From Elusimicrobiaceae bacterium (lineage in GTDB: Bacteria > Elusimicrobiota > Elusimicrobia > Elusimicrobiales > Elusimicrobiaceae): a stretch of 64,000 nucleotides of DNA. The stretch is from contig JAQVSV010000001.1 of the NCBI GenBank assembly GCA_028700325.1, forward strand, positions 28,085-92,084, written 5' to 3'. Positions 26,874-38,800 of the stretch are shown here, in pieces; position 1 is the first letter of the stretch; each line of letters starts with the position of its first letter. The translations under genes and the position numbers were made by a program. The notes beneath the pieces were generated by a model that was given only the letters and a program-made list of their open reading frames with translations, was not told the origin of the DNA and did no database searches.

Positions 26874-29800
26874 AAACATGGCAGTCGTGCCGCCTGAAAA
26901 ACGGGAGAACATTATGGCGCGGTTCTTTAAGCATTTGACCAAATACCTGTGCGCGGCGGTTGCGGCGGCGGCCTTGTCCGCGGGCGCGGCGCAGGCTTAT
27001 ACCATAAGCGGCTATGTGCGGGATCAGAGCGGCAACAGCATTTCAGGCGTCAGCCTCAACGGCTTTTATCCCGGCGCCACCATTTACGCCACTACCGACG
27101 GCGCGGGTTTTTATTCGCTTTCATTTCCCACCGCCGGCGTTTCCTGCGCGGTGGTGCCGCAGGTAAGCGGGCCGGGCGTATATTTCACACCCGAACGGGC
27201 GGATTTCACGCTCACGCAGGATGTCACCAGCGATTTCGTGCAGAATGTGAGCGCCCAGGACGGCGGCCAGTGGGAGTTTGCGGAGGTGGCGGCCGGCGTT
27301 TCCGCGCGGCTGGCCGCAAATGAATCCGGCATACCGTTTATGGCGTATGCCGTAGAGCAGGGCAGCGCGGTTTACGCGAGTATAGCAGGCGGTTCTATTC
27401 AGGCTCTTTTTACGGCTCTCGCCGATACGGCTGCCGTGCCGGCTCCCGCAGTTTACGGTGGCCACTCTTTCATGGCGTATAAATCCCTCTCATCAAATAT
27501 CATGCTGGCAAGCGATGAAACAGGAGTGTGGACTTCCACAATAGCGGCTGGCGCGGGGCCGTCGCTTGACGTGTCTTTGCGGGTAAATTCGTTCGGCAGA
27601 TATCTGCTGTACCGCGGCACGTTTTTGACATTGATGCATGACGGTGCGGAGTCCGTCGTTTCGACTGATGCGGCCTGCGGCCTGAAATCGGCGCTGGCGG
27701 TGGATTCGTCAGGCACGGCGCATGTGCTGTACAGCTGTTCCGGCTCGCCGCAGCGGCTTTTTTACGCGAAGCTGTCGGGCGGGGAATGGGTTTCGGCGCT
27801 GGTGGCGAGCGCTTCGGAGGATACGTTCGATTCCGTTTCCCTGGCTGTTGATTCCGGCGCGCTGCCCTTCGCGTCCTATGTGCTGGCCTCGTCCGCTGAC
27901 GGAAAACGCACGCTTTTCGCGGCGCTGCCCTCCGAAAGTTTCACAGCAGAAGTAAGCACCGGTATCGTCAGTTACAATGCGGTCGCGTTTATAAACGAAA
28001 CGGGCAGGAGCGTGCTGTTTACCGCGACCGACGGGTCCGGCGTGCCGTACCTGCAGAACCGGACTTACCTGTCTTCAGCCGAATTTTCCGACAGCATGAT
28101 AAGCCAGGCTTACGCGCGGCAGATTTCGCTGGTGTCCGAAATCGGGCCCTATATATCTTACGCGACACCGGAAAACCGGATTTTTGCAGGGCGGATGGCC
28201 ACTTCTTCTGTCACCTGCGCTATTTATGGAGCCGTTACGCAGAACAGCGCCGGTCTGTCCGGCGTGACTGTTTCTGTTTATGGCGGCGCGTCCAGCCATA
28301 CTGCCACCACCGATGCGGGAGGCTATTATGCGGTGACGGGCCTTTCAACCGGATCTTATGTGATCACGCCGGCGCTGGCGGAAAAGGTGTTTGAGCCTGC
28401 GCAGGCGACTGTCAATCTGCAAAGCGATACCGAGATTGATTTCACGGCTGCTACAAAAACCTATTCGGTAAGCGGCTCGGTGGCGGCGGGCGGGGTCGGG
28501 CTGGCTTCGGTGAGCGTGACGGGTGTCAGCGGCGGCGAGTCCGCTTCGGCTGTCACCGACAGCAGCGGCGTTTATCTGCTGACCGGTCTGCCCGCAGGCG
28601 TCTGCACTGTCGCGCCCGGCCGGGCCGGTTATGAATTTGCGCCGGCCGCGAGCAGTTTTACCCTTTCAGCGAACACGACGGGGATTGATTTTGAGGCGGC
28701 CCTGTCGCAGCTTTACATAGCGGGCTACATCATTACGGAAGCGTCCGAGCCGGTGGCGGGCGCTACGGTTACCGCGTACAACGGCCAGATCTCATGGATG
28801 ACGGTCAGTGATGCCGCCGGTCTGTATTCGTTTGCCCTGGCGTCGGGTTCGTATCTGCTGGCCCCGGTGAAAGAAGGCTATGCGTTTACTCCTTCCTCCC
28901 GCACGGTTTCGCTTGCTTCGGCAAGTATTTCTGGCGTCAGCTTTGTCGCCGTTTCCACCGCCAGCATACCGCTTTATGCGCTTGCCGGACAGGTTACGAA
29001 AAACTCCGCCGGGTTAAGCGGCGTCTCGATAGGAATAACAGACGGCAGTCACAGCGAGGAAGCCGTTACCGACGGATCCGGCAACTACGGATTTTATGAT
29101 CTGATGGCGGCGCAGTACACGGTCACGCCGCAGCTGGAAGGGCTGGAGTTTTCGCCGGCTTACTCCGTGGTGACGGTTTCGGGCGACGTGTCGGGCGTGG
29201 ATTTCACGGCGGAGGATTCCGGGGTTCTTTCCGCAACGGTTACGGCGGTAAACACGCCGCAGGCTTACGCGTGGGAGAACTATCCGGCATTCACGCTGGC
29301 GCTGTCGGCCGACAGGAATGTTTTTGTCGGATCGGTGACGGTCAGTTTTGCCGACTCCGGCGTGTCGTATAACGATATCTTCGCGATGTTTCTGTATGAG
29401 AACGGAACTCCGGTCGCCAGTTCCTATAACAGCGATTCCACACTCGGGTCGGCAGTGAAACGGGAAGCGCTTATGCCGGTTTCGCTTTCCATAAGCACCG
29501 CGACCCGCACGTTCACTTTAATGATACAGCCCAAGTCTTCCGCTCTGGGCAAAACCGTTTATCCCGTGTTCGCCGGGTTCAGTTCGGCGGCGGGCCAATC
29601 CGTTACGCCGCTGCCGGTGGGCGGAAATGTCGCGCTGGTCGGCTACAAGGCATATGCCGCCAGCTCCGGCGGTCTGGCGACAAGCATTTCCCTGACCGCG
29701 GGCCAGAGTGCGCTGATTGTCGCGCAGGGCCAGTGGCAATATTCCTCCACCGGCACCGCCGGGCCGGACGGGGTGTCCGGTTCCGTGTGCGGAACCGGGT

Positions 29801-32800
29801 GCCAGCTGCCCGGCTCGCCGCGCGGCATGCTGCTGGCGCGCATCGGTTATTATTCCACGGTTTTTTATCCCGTCGGCTCAAGCGCGACGATAACTTCGCC
29901 GGCCGGAGCCGCGACCGACAGCGTCTATCTGTCCATCAACGACGATTATTTCACTGATAACAGCGGCGGGCTTTTCGTTCTGCCGCAGATAGTTTCACGC
30001 GTGATTGTGTGGACCGGAGCCGGCGGCACGGAATACGCCGCCGAACCGCTCAACTGGAACACCGGCGTCGTGCCCGCCAACGGCGACACGGTGCTGTTCA
30101 GTTCAATGGTTGCGAAAGCCTGCGCATGGAATATCTCTGCCCAGCCGAAACTGATTACGCTGTATTATTATCCCGGCGCGCTGAATGTCGTCGGCAGTTA
30201 TACCCTGCTGGCCGAAACGCTGACGATCAATAATTCCAGGCTGCGGATGAGCGGCACGGCGGCCGGTGCGCGGCCCTACATCAGCGTGGGCACGCTTAAC
30301 GCCATTGATTCCGAACTGGTCTTTTCCGATGCGATGGGCGTTTCTGCCGATAATTTTTCAGTGCTGCGCGGCACGGTAAGCATCACCGGGTCGGATTATG
30401 CCGGTTTCGGCGGGTGCAGCGGGCATTCCGTGGTGCTTGAAAACGCGGCGCTCGATATCAGCAGCGTGGCGTTCCAGAATGCCGGCACCATAAGCGTGCG
30501 CGGCGGTTCGGTTGCGAAATTCGACAACGTGTCGGTCAATTTGAGCGCGGAGGCCTCCTCGCCAATGGTGACTGTTTACGGGTTGTCCGGCTACAACACC
30601 TTTGACCGGTGGAATTTTTACAATTACGGCGGCTCGGCGGTTTACAACGTTATTTCCACGGGCAATGCGTCCGGCGCGCAGGTTGTGTTCGCCAATGCCG
30701 GCGGCAATTACATGGGCAGTGTCCACAGTCTTAATCTGGATGGCGCGCTGCGCTGGGAGCCGGACGGCGGCGGAACCGCCGCGCTGGCGCTCACCGCGGT
30801 TTATTCCGCTACAGACACATACACTTACCGGTTTGAAGTGACGACGGTTACCGGCACGCCGGTCGCGGCAGGCAGCGCGGCAGCCGGAGCCAAGAGTATT
30901 TTATTCAGCGGGCTTACCGCTCCGGCCACTTATTATATAAAGGCATACGCCGATGAAAATGGCAATGCTGTCGCTGACGGTTATGAGCCGAAAGGGAAGG
31001 CGGCTGTCGCGCTGGTCGCCAATTCCAGCGGCGCCGCCAGCGTTGCGCTGGCTGATTTCGGCAAAGCCGCGGGGTATCTCTACAGCGTTTCACAGAGCGG
31101 CAAGGTGCTCGGACAGGCGTACAGCTCCGGCGCGCTGGTTGATCAGGTGGAGCTGGGTTCTCTTGCTGACGGAACCACCGTGCACTGGGAGCTTTATCTG
31201 CCGACCGGAACTTATACGCTTAACGCGTTTGTTGATGTCAACGGCAGCGGTTCGCGTGACAGTTTCGAAGCCGGTTTCTCCGCGGAAAACGTTGAAATCT
31301 CAAAAGGCGCGGAGAATTATCTGGGCAACGCCGGGCTGGTCAGCGCGGCTGTCAGCACGGTTTCCGTGTCGGCCGCGGCGGGGCATGACGGCATCATTTA
31401 TGCGCGCGGCGGCTCCGCGACGCTGTTTAATCTTCTGGCGTCGGCTTCAGGCGACCCGGCGGTCATCTCCTCGTTCTCGTTTTTCTCCGCGGGCAGTTAT
31501 TACGCGGCGGGCGCGTACGCTGTCAATGTCACGCGCGATTCGAACTATAACGGCCTGTGCGATGCCGCGGACAGCGTGCTCGGTTCCGCGTATGCGAACG
31601 GCGGGGCGGCGGTTCCGCTGACGGTGAGTTTCAATCCGGTCGTTGTTTCCACCGGGCAGAGCGAGCGGTTTTGCGTCACGCTGGCCGGAGCGGTTGCGCT
31701 TGAGCGCAACAGTACGGTAGGCGTTTCGCTTGCCTCTTCCGGGATCGGCGCTGCGAACGGGCATGTGGAGTTTGCCGCCATAACCTCCACCGTGACGGTT
31801 AAATTCAACGTGGACGCGGCTGTCGCGGTCAGCTCCTTTTCTGGCGGAACGGGCACGGGCGTGTATCTGGAACCCGGCATGGTGGTCAGTCTGGTTTCCA
31901 CCGGCACCTGGTATATTTCCGGTTCCGCGGCCGGCGCTGGCGGAGCGAATTACAAAGGCGGTATTCTGCCGGATGTCAATTCCGGCGCGCTGATGGCGCG
32001 CGTCGGCATCGGTCCGTGGTTCGCGGTGGGTTCGGCTTCGTCGTTCACTTATACGATGATTTATAGCGGCGAATTGTATTTCGCCATGAACAAATACCAG
32101 ACTTCATCGGCGTCCGGCAACCTGCTTGTTGATTTCAGCGCGGTCAATCCCGGCAACGGCGCGGCGGGCAGCGTCAGTTACGCCGGCGCCAAAGCGCAGC
32201 AGCTTTTTATAAAAGCGCAGTCCGTTTCATCCGGCGATGTTCTGGCTTCCACCAGCATGGCGTTGAACGGAGCGGGTTCCTATCCCTACAGCCTGACTGG
32301 CATTTCCACCGGCACGGCGTTTTTCATTAAAGCCTATTGGTCTGACGTTTCCACTTCCGCGGTCGGCCAGTACCGCGAAGAACTCACCATGTACACAGGC
32401 AGCGTTCGCACCGGTCTGGATTTCGCGGTTTTTGACGGGTACGGGGCGCTGCCGCTCACGGTCACCTATTACGGCTCGTTCGCAGATAAACTGATTGCGC
32501 ATATGATAGTCGGGGCCAGCGAGTTCGAGCGGACTGTTGCAACCGGTACGCAGACCCTTGCCCTGCCCGCGCCGGGTATTTACCGCGTGGCCGTTTTCGA
32601 GGATCGCAACGGCGACGGAGAACCCGCCGGACTTGAGAACATGGGCATGTTCGGGTATGACGGGCCGGTGGCGCTGTTCGAGCAGAACGGCGGCACCGTC
32701 GCGGTTACCGTAGGCGGGACTTCCGCGCCTGTCGCGATTACCGTATTGCCGAAAGGCGGACTGGCGGGCGTCGGAAAAATCTGCGGTCTGTCGGGCCGGT

Positions 32801-35800
32801 TCATGTTTGTTGCCGGGCACGGAATTCCGGGCACGGCCGGCTATCAGGCCGAAAACTGGGAGAGCAGCTGGCTTGACGGCGCCGCTGCCAACGCAAGCTG
32901 CCTTTCCCTGAACTACGATATAGGAATGCTGCGCGCCGCGACTGACTATTCCCTGCTGCTGTTCAATGATTCAAACATGAATGACATCTATGACGACGGC
33001 GAGAAATTTTCATTGCTGGCGGGCCCGATTTCGATCGCGACGGGGATGGTCGTCAACCGCGATATCACGCTGGTAGCCGTTTCTACCGTGCCGGTCATGC
33101 CGTCGGCCATAAGTACATACGCCGTGACGGCAAGCTCGATTGTATGGACCTGGCCTTCGGTGTTCGGCGCTACCGGCTACATGCTTTTCTTTACCAGCGG
33201 CAGCACCGTCACTCTTTCAGCGACGTCTTATACGGAAACCGTGGGCGTTCCCAATACCAGATCGGGTCTGTACGGAGTGGCGGCTTACAATGCGATCGGG
33301 CTTGGCCCGGTAAAAACCGTGGAGAACGCTGTGTACACAAGGGCGGCAAAGGTTGCCCTGTCCGTCATGTCGGCGGATAATGTGTCCGTGCGGCTTGCTG
33401 TTGACCGGGCGGGCAATCCCGCCGCGACGGCTGTGAACATTTATCGCTCGGCCAATTCCACGGCGGCGTATGTGCTGGTAAGCTCGCTTACCGCCGGAGC
33501 TACCCAGTTTGCCGACATTTACGGTGTTGTGCCCGGCGTGCAGTACTGGTACGCCGCCACGGCGTTCAACGGCAATTATGTGGCGGGGGAGACGTCCGTG
33601 CCGGTTTCAACGGTCACGCCCTCGGCGGCTGGCGCCGATTATGTGCGCGGCACGGTATACTATTCCGGGCGGCAGCAGGGTAACCTGCGCGTGGAGCTGT
33701 TTGGGTCCGCCGTGCGCGATGGCTGGGCCGTGGCGAACGGCAGCGCGGCTTTTTCCGCGATCGCTTCTTTCAACGGGTTCATGCTGGCCGGAACCGAATC
33801 CGGCGGGGTGTATAAATCCACCGACGGGATCAATTGGGTTTCCGCCGCGACGGTGAGCGGAAGCGTAAAGAGTTTCGCGCAGAACGGTTCGGTGTACTAT
33901 CTGTCAGGCTCGAAAGGGATTTATTCCGGCTCCGGTTCGGGCAGCTGGTCGCTTGTGTACGCCGCGTCATCCGGCATGGGCAGGCTGCTGGTTTATAACG
34001 GGAAAGTCTATTGCGGGGACGGGAACCGGCTGGCGCAGTCCTCCGGGTCCGGGTTTGATGTTGCGGAAACGGGCATCCCAGCTGCGCGTGCCATTTCCAG
34101 CCTTGCTGTGTTCGGCGGTTATATGTACGCCGGCGTGCTGCCTTCCGTTTCGGCCTATACGGAAACGCAGGGCGATTATGTGTATCGCGCGGCGCTGGCC
34201 TCGCTCGGTTCATGGACTGCCAGTTTGAACGCCAAGATGCTTGGCGTGTATGATCTTGCGGTATGGAACGGCCGGTTATATGCGGCCAGCGGCAATTCGG
34301 GCCTGATATTTTCGCTGGAAACGGCGGACGGAGTCTGGTCGAATACGGCCGTAGCAGCTACCAAAGTGGTGAATTTCAGCAGTTTCAGGGGCCAGCTGGC
34401 GGTCGCGGCGCAGACCGGGCCGGGCGTGCTTGTTTCGCCCGAACACGGGCGGTGGGCGGCGGTTGCCCCGTCCGGGGTTGTTTATATGAACGGGCTGTGC
34501 CAGTTCAACGGCAAGCTGTACGCCGCGGCGGCGGCAAGGCTGTACGCGGGATTCGCCCAGCCGGCTTACAGTGTCGTGTCGCCCGTCCAGAGCCAGAATT
34601 CGTTTTATATTTCCGGCGTGCCTGCCGGCACGCCGTATTATCCGCGCGCATTTGTTGACGTTACCGGCGACGCGGTGCTGGAGCCCGGCGAAGACAGCGT
34701 TTTTTACTCTACTTCGGTCATGGCCGCGGGCACGGCGAACATGACGCTCGCGGTTTCGACCGGCGCGCCTGCGGCGCCCGGCGCGCCGTCAGCCTGCGCC
34801 GTAAACGGGGTCGTCAGCGTGTTGTGGACGGCGCCGTCCTCCGCGTCCAATCTGCTGGGCTATCGCGTGTACCGCAGCACGGCGCAGGCCGGCCCTTACG
34901 CGGAAATTTCCGGTTCTGAACCGGCCGGTTACGTGCCGTGGAACAGAACCTCGTTCAGCGACTCCAATCCGCCGAGCGGTTCTGTCTATTACCGGCTCAA
35001 GTCGCTGGACTGGGGTTATAACGAGAGTGCCGGCGTTACGGGGCTGCCGGTGAATGTTTTGCAGCCGGGCCGGATAGAGGGTTCGCTATACAGCCTTTCA
35101 GCGTCCACATCGGTTCAGTATTATGTGACCGTATCAAGCGTTTCCAGCCCGCTGGGCGCGGCGCTGTATTCCATCCCGCTTGCGGACGGCCAGTCTTATT
35201 CCGCGCCCAACCTCAGCGACGGTCTGTACTATGTGCGCGCTTTCGCCGACGCCAACGCCAACCGTGTGTTTGACTCCGGGGAAGCGCTGGGCGCTTACGG
35301 CGGCATAGCGTATCCGTACGGCGTGTATGTGAATTACGGATCCGTCAGCGGCAGCAAGAATGTTACGGTGTGCCCCGTAACCCGGATCAGGCCGGGCGAC
35401 AGTCTGAATGTTGTAATCAGCTCCGCCGACTGCGAAATCCGCGACTCGGGTGTTTCGCGGCACGGGAAAATCTTTTCGTTCGAGGTGGGGTACGGCGACG
35501 GCAAAGTGTCGCCCGGTTCCGGCATCCAGCTGACGGCTTCGGGCGGCGGGCTTGGTTCGGCCGAGCTGAGGCTGATTGACCCGGATTTCAACGCGATGTT
35601 CAACACGGGCACGATTTATTACGGCGCGGATACCGAAGGCTTTTATTATCTCGAAGCGGCCGCGCCGGCGGAGAACGCTGCCGGCGATGTCAACGTGTCG
35701 CTTTACATCAATTCCAATTCCGGAGGAAAGATTACCGGCGTCGCCAGCTATTACGGCGCAAGCACGGGCACCGCGGTTTTCATGCTCTACCGCAAGGCGG

Positions 35801-38800
35801 AGTATGACGCGGGCAACTACTGGCCTGTTAATATGGCGACCGCTCCTGTGGCTGACAATGCCGCCAGTTTTACCATGTACGGCATGGAGAACGGCCTGTT
35901 TTACATGACCGCGTATGTGGATGTTAACGCCGACGGCGTGCGCGAAACGTGGGAACCTTACGGTTTTTACGGGTCAGTGCAGCCGGAAGCGCTGGCCGTG
36001 TCTAGCGGAGCCGCCAGCCGGGTATCGCTGGCGCTGACCGACCCCGTGATGGGATCCATCAGCGGCTATGTGACTTATTCCGGCAGTTCGCGCGGCAGCG
36101 TGCGGGTTGAAGCGCGCCAGCCGCGGGAAGGCAATGATTCGAACGACTATGTGCTTTACGCTTCCACAATGTTCGCGCGCGCTTCGGAAAACGTAAGCGC
36201 GCCGTTTACGCTTGCGGGGCTGCCGCCTTCCGCGAGCTATTACATCACGGCGTATGTGGACGCGAATGACAACATGTCAGGCGACACGCTGGAACCGAAC
36301 GTTTTTGAAGGACCTTATACGGTAGCGGCCGGCTCGGTGACGGAGAACGTGTCCGTTTCGATCGCCGATATCGGCACCGGCGCGCCCGGTTACGCTTCCA
36401 TTACCGGCACCGTCACCTATGCGGGCGGTGCGGTGACGAGCCGGCTTATGCTCGGTTTTTTTACGGACACCGAGGGAAGGCATATGCCCTATACCGCTTT
36501 CGTCGAACCGGACGGAGCCACCGACACCTGGCATTTCAGCCGCAGCGGAATTATGGGCGGCACCACTTATTATATCGGCGCGGTGCTTGATTTCAATTCC
36601 AACGGGTTTGACGATGCCGGCGAGCCGAAAACCATGTTTATGGACGGCGACGGCAATCCAGTCCCCGTTTATCCCGCGGCGGATGGCAGCGCGGCGGTTT
36701 CCATGACGCTGTCTGCGCTGCCGGACGGCAGCATTTCGGGAACGGCGCGGTATTACGGGTCGCAGGCCGGCAAGTACATGAGCGTCAACATTTATTCCGA
36801 CAACTGCCGCAGCGATTATTGCAGCGCGCGCTACCGCGTTCTTCTGACAACCGCTACGCAATACCCGTTCACGGGCGAATTTCTGCAGGACAGCACGAGC
36901 TACAGCATTTACGCCTATGTGGACGTAAACGAGAACCAGACCCAGGATAACGGCGAGCCGGATTATTCCAGTTATCCCGATAAACTTGAACTGGGCGAGG
37001 CGGACCGCGCCCTGACGGGCGTGGATTTTACTGTCACCCGGTCCGAAGACCGCTGGAATAACGCCACGCTCCGCGCTTCTTTCGATTACGACGGCGCGCA
37101 GCGGGGCGATGTGTACATGCGGCTGTATCAGAACGGCGGGGCGGTCGCTTCGCGGACATCCTCGCCCGTAAGCTATACGGACGGAGCGGTTGTGGTGATG
37201 GCGGGCCTTTCCACCGGCGTGTATACCGCCGACGCGTTTATTGATACCAACGGAAACGGGCTCTATGATTCCGTATTCGAGCCTTACGCGCAGGTCAAAT
37301 ACGGCGGCTCGGCGCAACTGGCTCTGACTTACAAAGATCCCGTGCTTTACGATGCCAGCGCGACGTTTAAAGATCCCGGCTCGGCGAGCCTGTCGAGCGG
37401 CGCGCTTACCGTGGCGGGCCTGATCGCGGTTAAATCTTCTGCGGCGGGCGCTTTGCGCACGCTGCTGTTCAAGTATTCCGACAGCGCGGACGCGATGCAG
37501 ATTCCTTTGCTTAACGGCCTGATCGCCCGTACGGCGGGCGTGGGCTGCAGTTCCTATTCTTTCACCGCGCTTTCATCGGGCAATTATCTGGTGCAGGCGT
37601 TTATTGACGTCAACGGCAATTACCAGCCGGATGACGGCGAGCCGTGGGGCCAGAGTGCGGTTGCCCTTGTGTCGCCGGTTCCGTCCAGCGGCACGCTGGC
37701 GCTTGATTTCGCGGTGTCGGACAGGACCTCCCTTAATGTCGGCGGCGAATTCGCGTATCAGGCGAGTTCCGCCACCGGATATGTGCAGGAACGGCCCGGT
37801 TCTTACGCCAGGCTGTTTTCGATCAGCGGTTCCGCCGGCGACGTGATCAACGCCGGCATGACGCCCGCCAGCGGGTTTTCGTATGCCCGGCTCTATCTGT
37901 ACGGGCCGTACATGAACCAGACGGGTTCCGCGCTGCGGTATAATCTGCTTGCCTCCGCCGAGGCCGACGCGCAGACCGGAGCGGCGAGCATTCTTGCTTA
38001 CAAACTTGCGCAGTCCGGAGTTTACACGCTTGCGGCGGTGGCTTACGAAGAGGCCGCGGCCGGCGGTTTCAAACTTAAATATCTGCGGTCCGGGCAGGGC
38101 AGCGGCTCGATTTCCGGAACCGTTGACTATACCGGCAGCCGCGGCGGAAAATTCATCGTGGCAATATTCGGCGACGCGAACGTATACACCGGTTCCGCGC
38201 TGCTTTACACAACTCTGCCGGTGGCCGGCGCGTTCAGTTTCAGCGGTCTGCCGGGCGGATCGAACTATTATATCGGCGCGTTTATTGACACCAACGGCAA
38301 CGGCATCCGCGATGCCGGCGAGGATTACGGTTATTATTCCGTGGCCGGCTCGACCGTGCCGCAGGGCGTAAGCGTGCTCAACGGGCAGGATGTGTCCGGT
38401 TTGCGGGTTACCGTCAACAGCGTATCCGATCCTGCCTCCCAGGCCCAGGTCAGCGGCGTGCTGAACTACTCCGGTTCGCTTGCCGGCAACGCCCGAGTGG
38501 AAGCGTGGACCAGTTCCGCCTACACCGGCACGCCGGCGGGAGTGCGCAATATTGCGTCGCCCGTATATCCGCAGGCGTTCAGCATGCAGGTGCCCGGAGG
38601 CTCGGCGTATTACTTCCGCGCTTATGCGGATTCCGCGCCCTACGGCGAGTTTGACTTGAATGCGGAAGCCGCCGGCGCGTACAATTCGGGCCAGCCGGTC
38701 TATTTGAAACAGGGCGGGAACTCTTCGCTTGATTATGTCATACAGCTTAACGATCCCGGATATGATCCGACCGCTTCCGCGGTCGGCGGAGAGGGTTATG

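Larger units (their letters stand above)
30946..38676 (+). repeat. array of at least 15 divergent ~110-aa beta-sandwich modules, each ending in a (F/Y)xDxNxNGxxDxxE acidic loop (DUF2141-like), with other domains interspersed
   Basis: Motif first residues were located by hand at 30946, 31228, ~31530, ~32596, ~32962, ~34651, 35242, 35914, 36253, 36583, 36916, 37237, 37600, 38281 and 38623. Examples are FIDTNGNGLYDSVFEPY, YVDVNENQTQDNGEPD and FIDTNGNGIRDAGEDYG. Confidence 0.7.

Noticed and set aside
36277-37317. Long antisense ORFs inside the giant gene: 36277-37317 (346 aa), 39349-40236 (295 aa), 44215-44862, 41311-41865, 32227-32820 and others.
   Set aside because: These are shadow ORFs typical of high-GC DNA opposite a real gene. 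Their products are Arg/Gly/Ala/Pro-rich with no motifs, and the sense frame is open for 18 kb.
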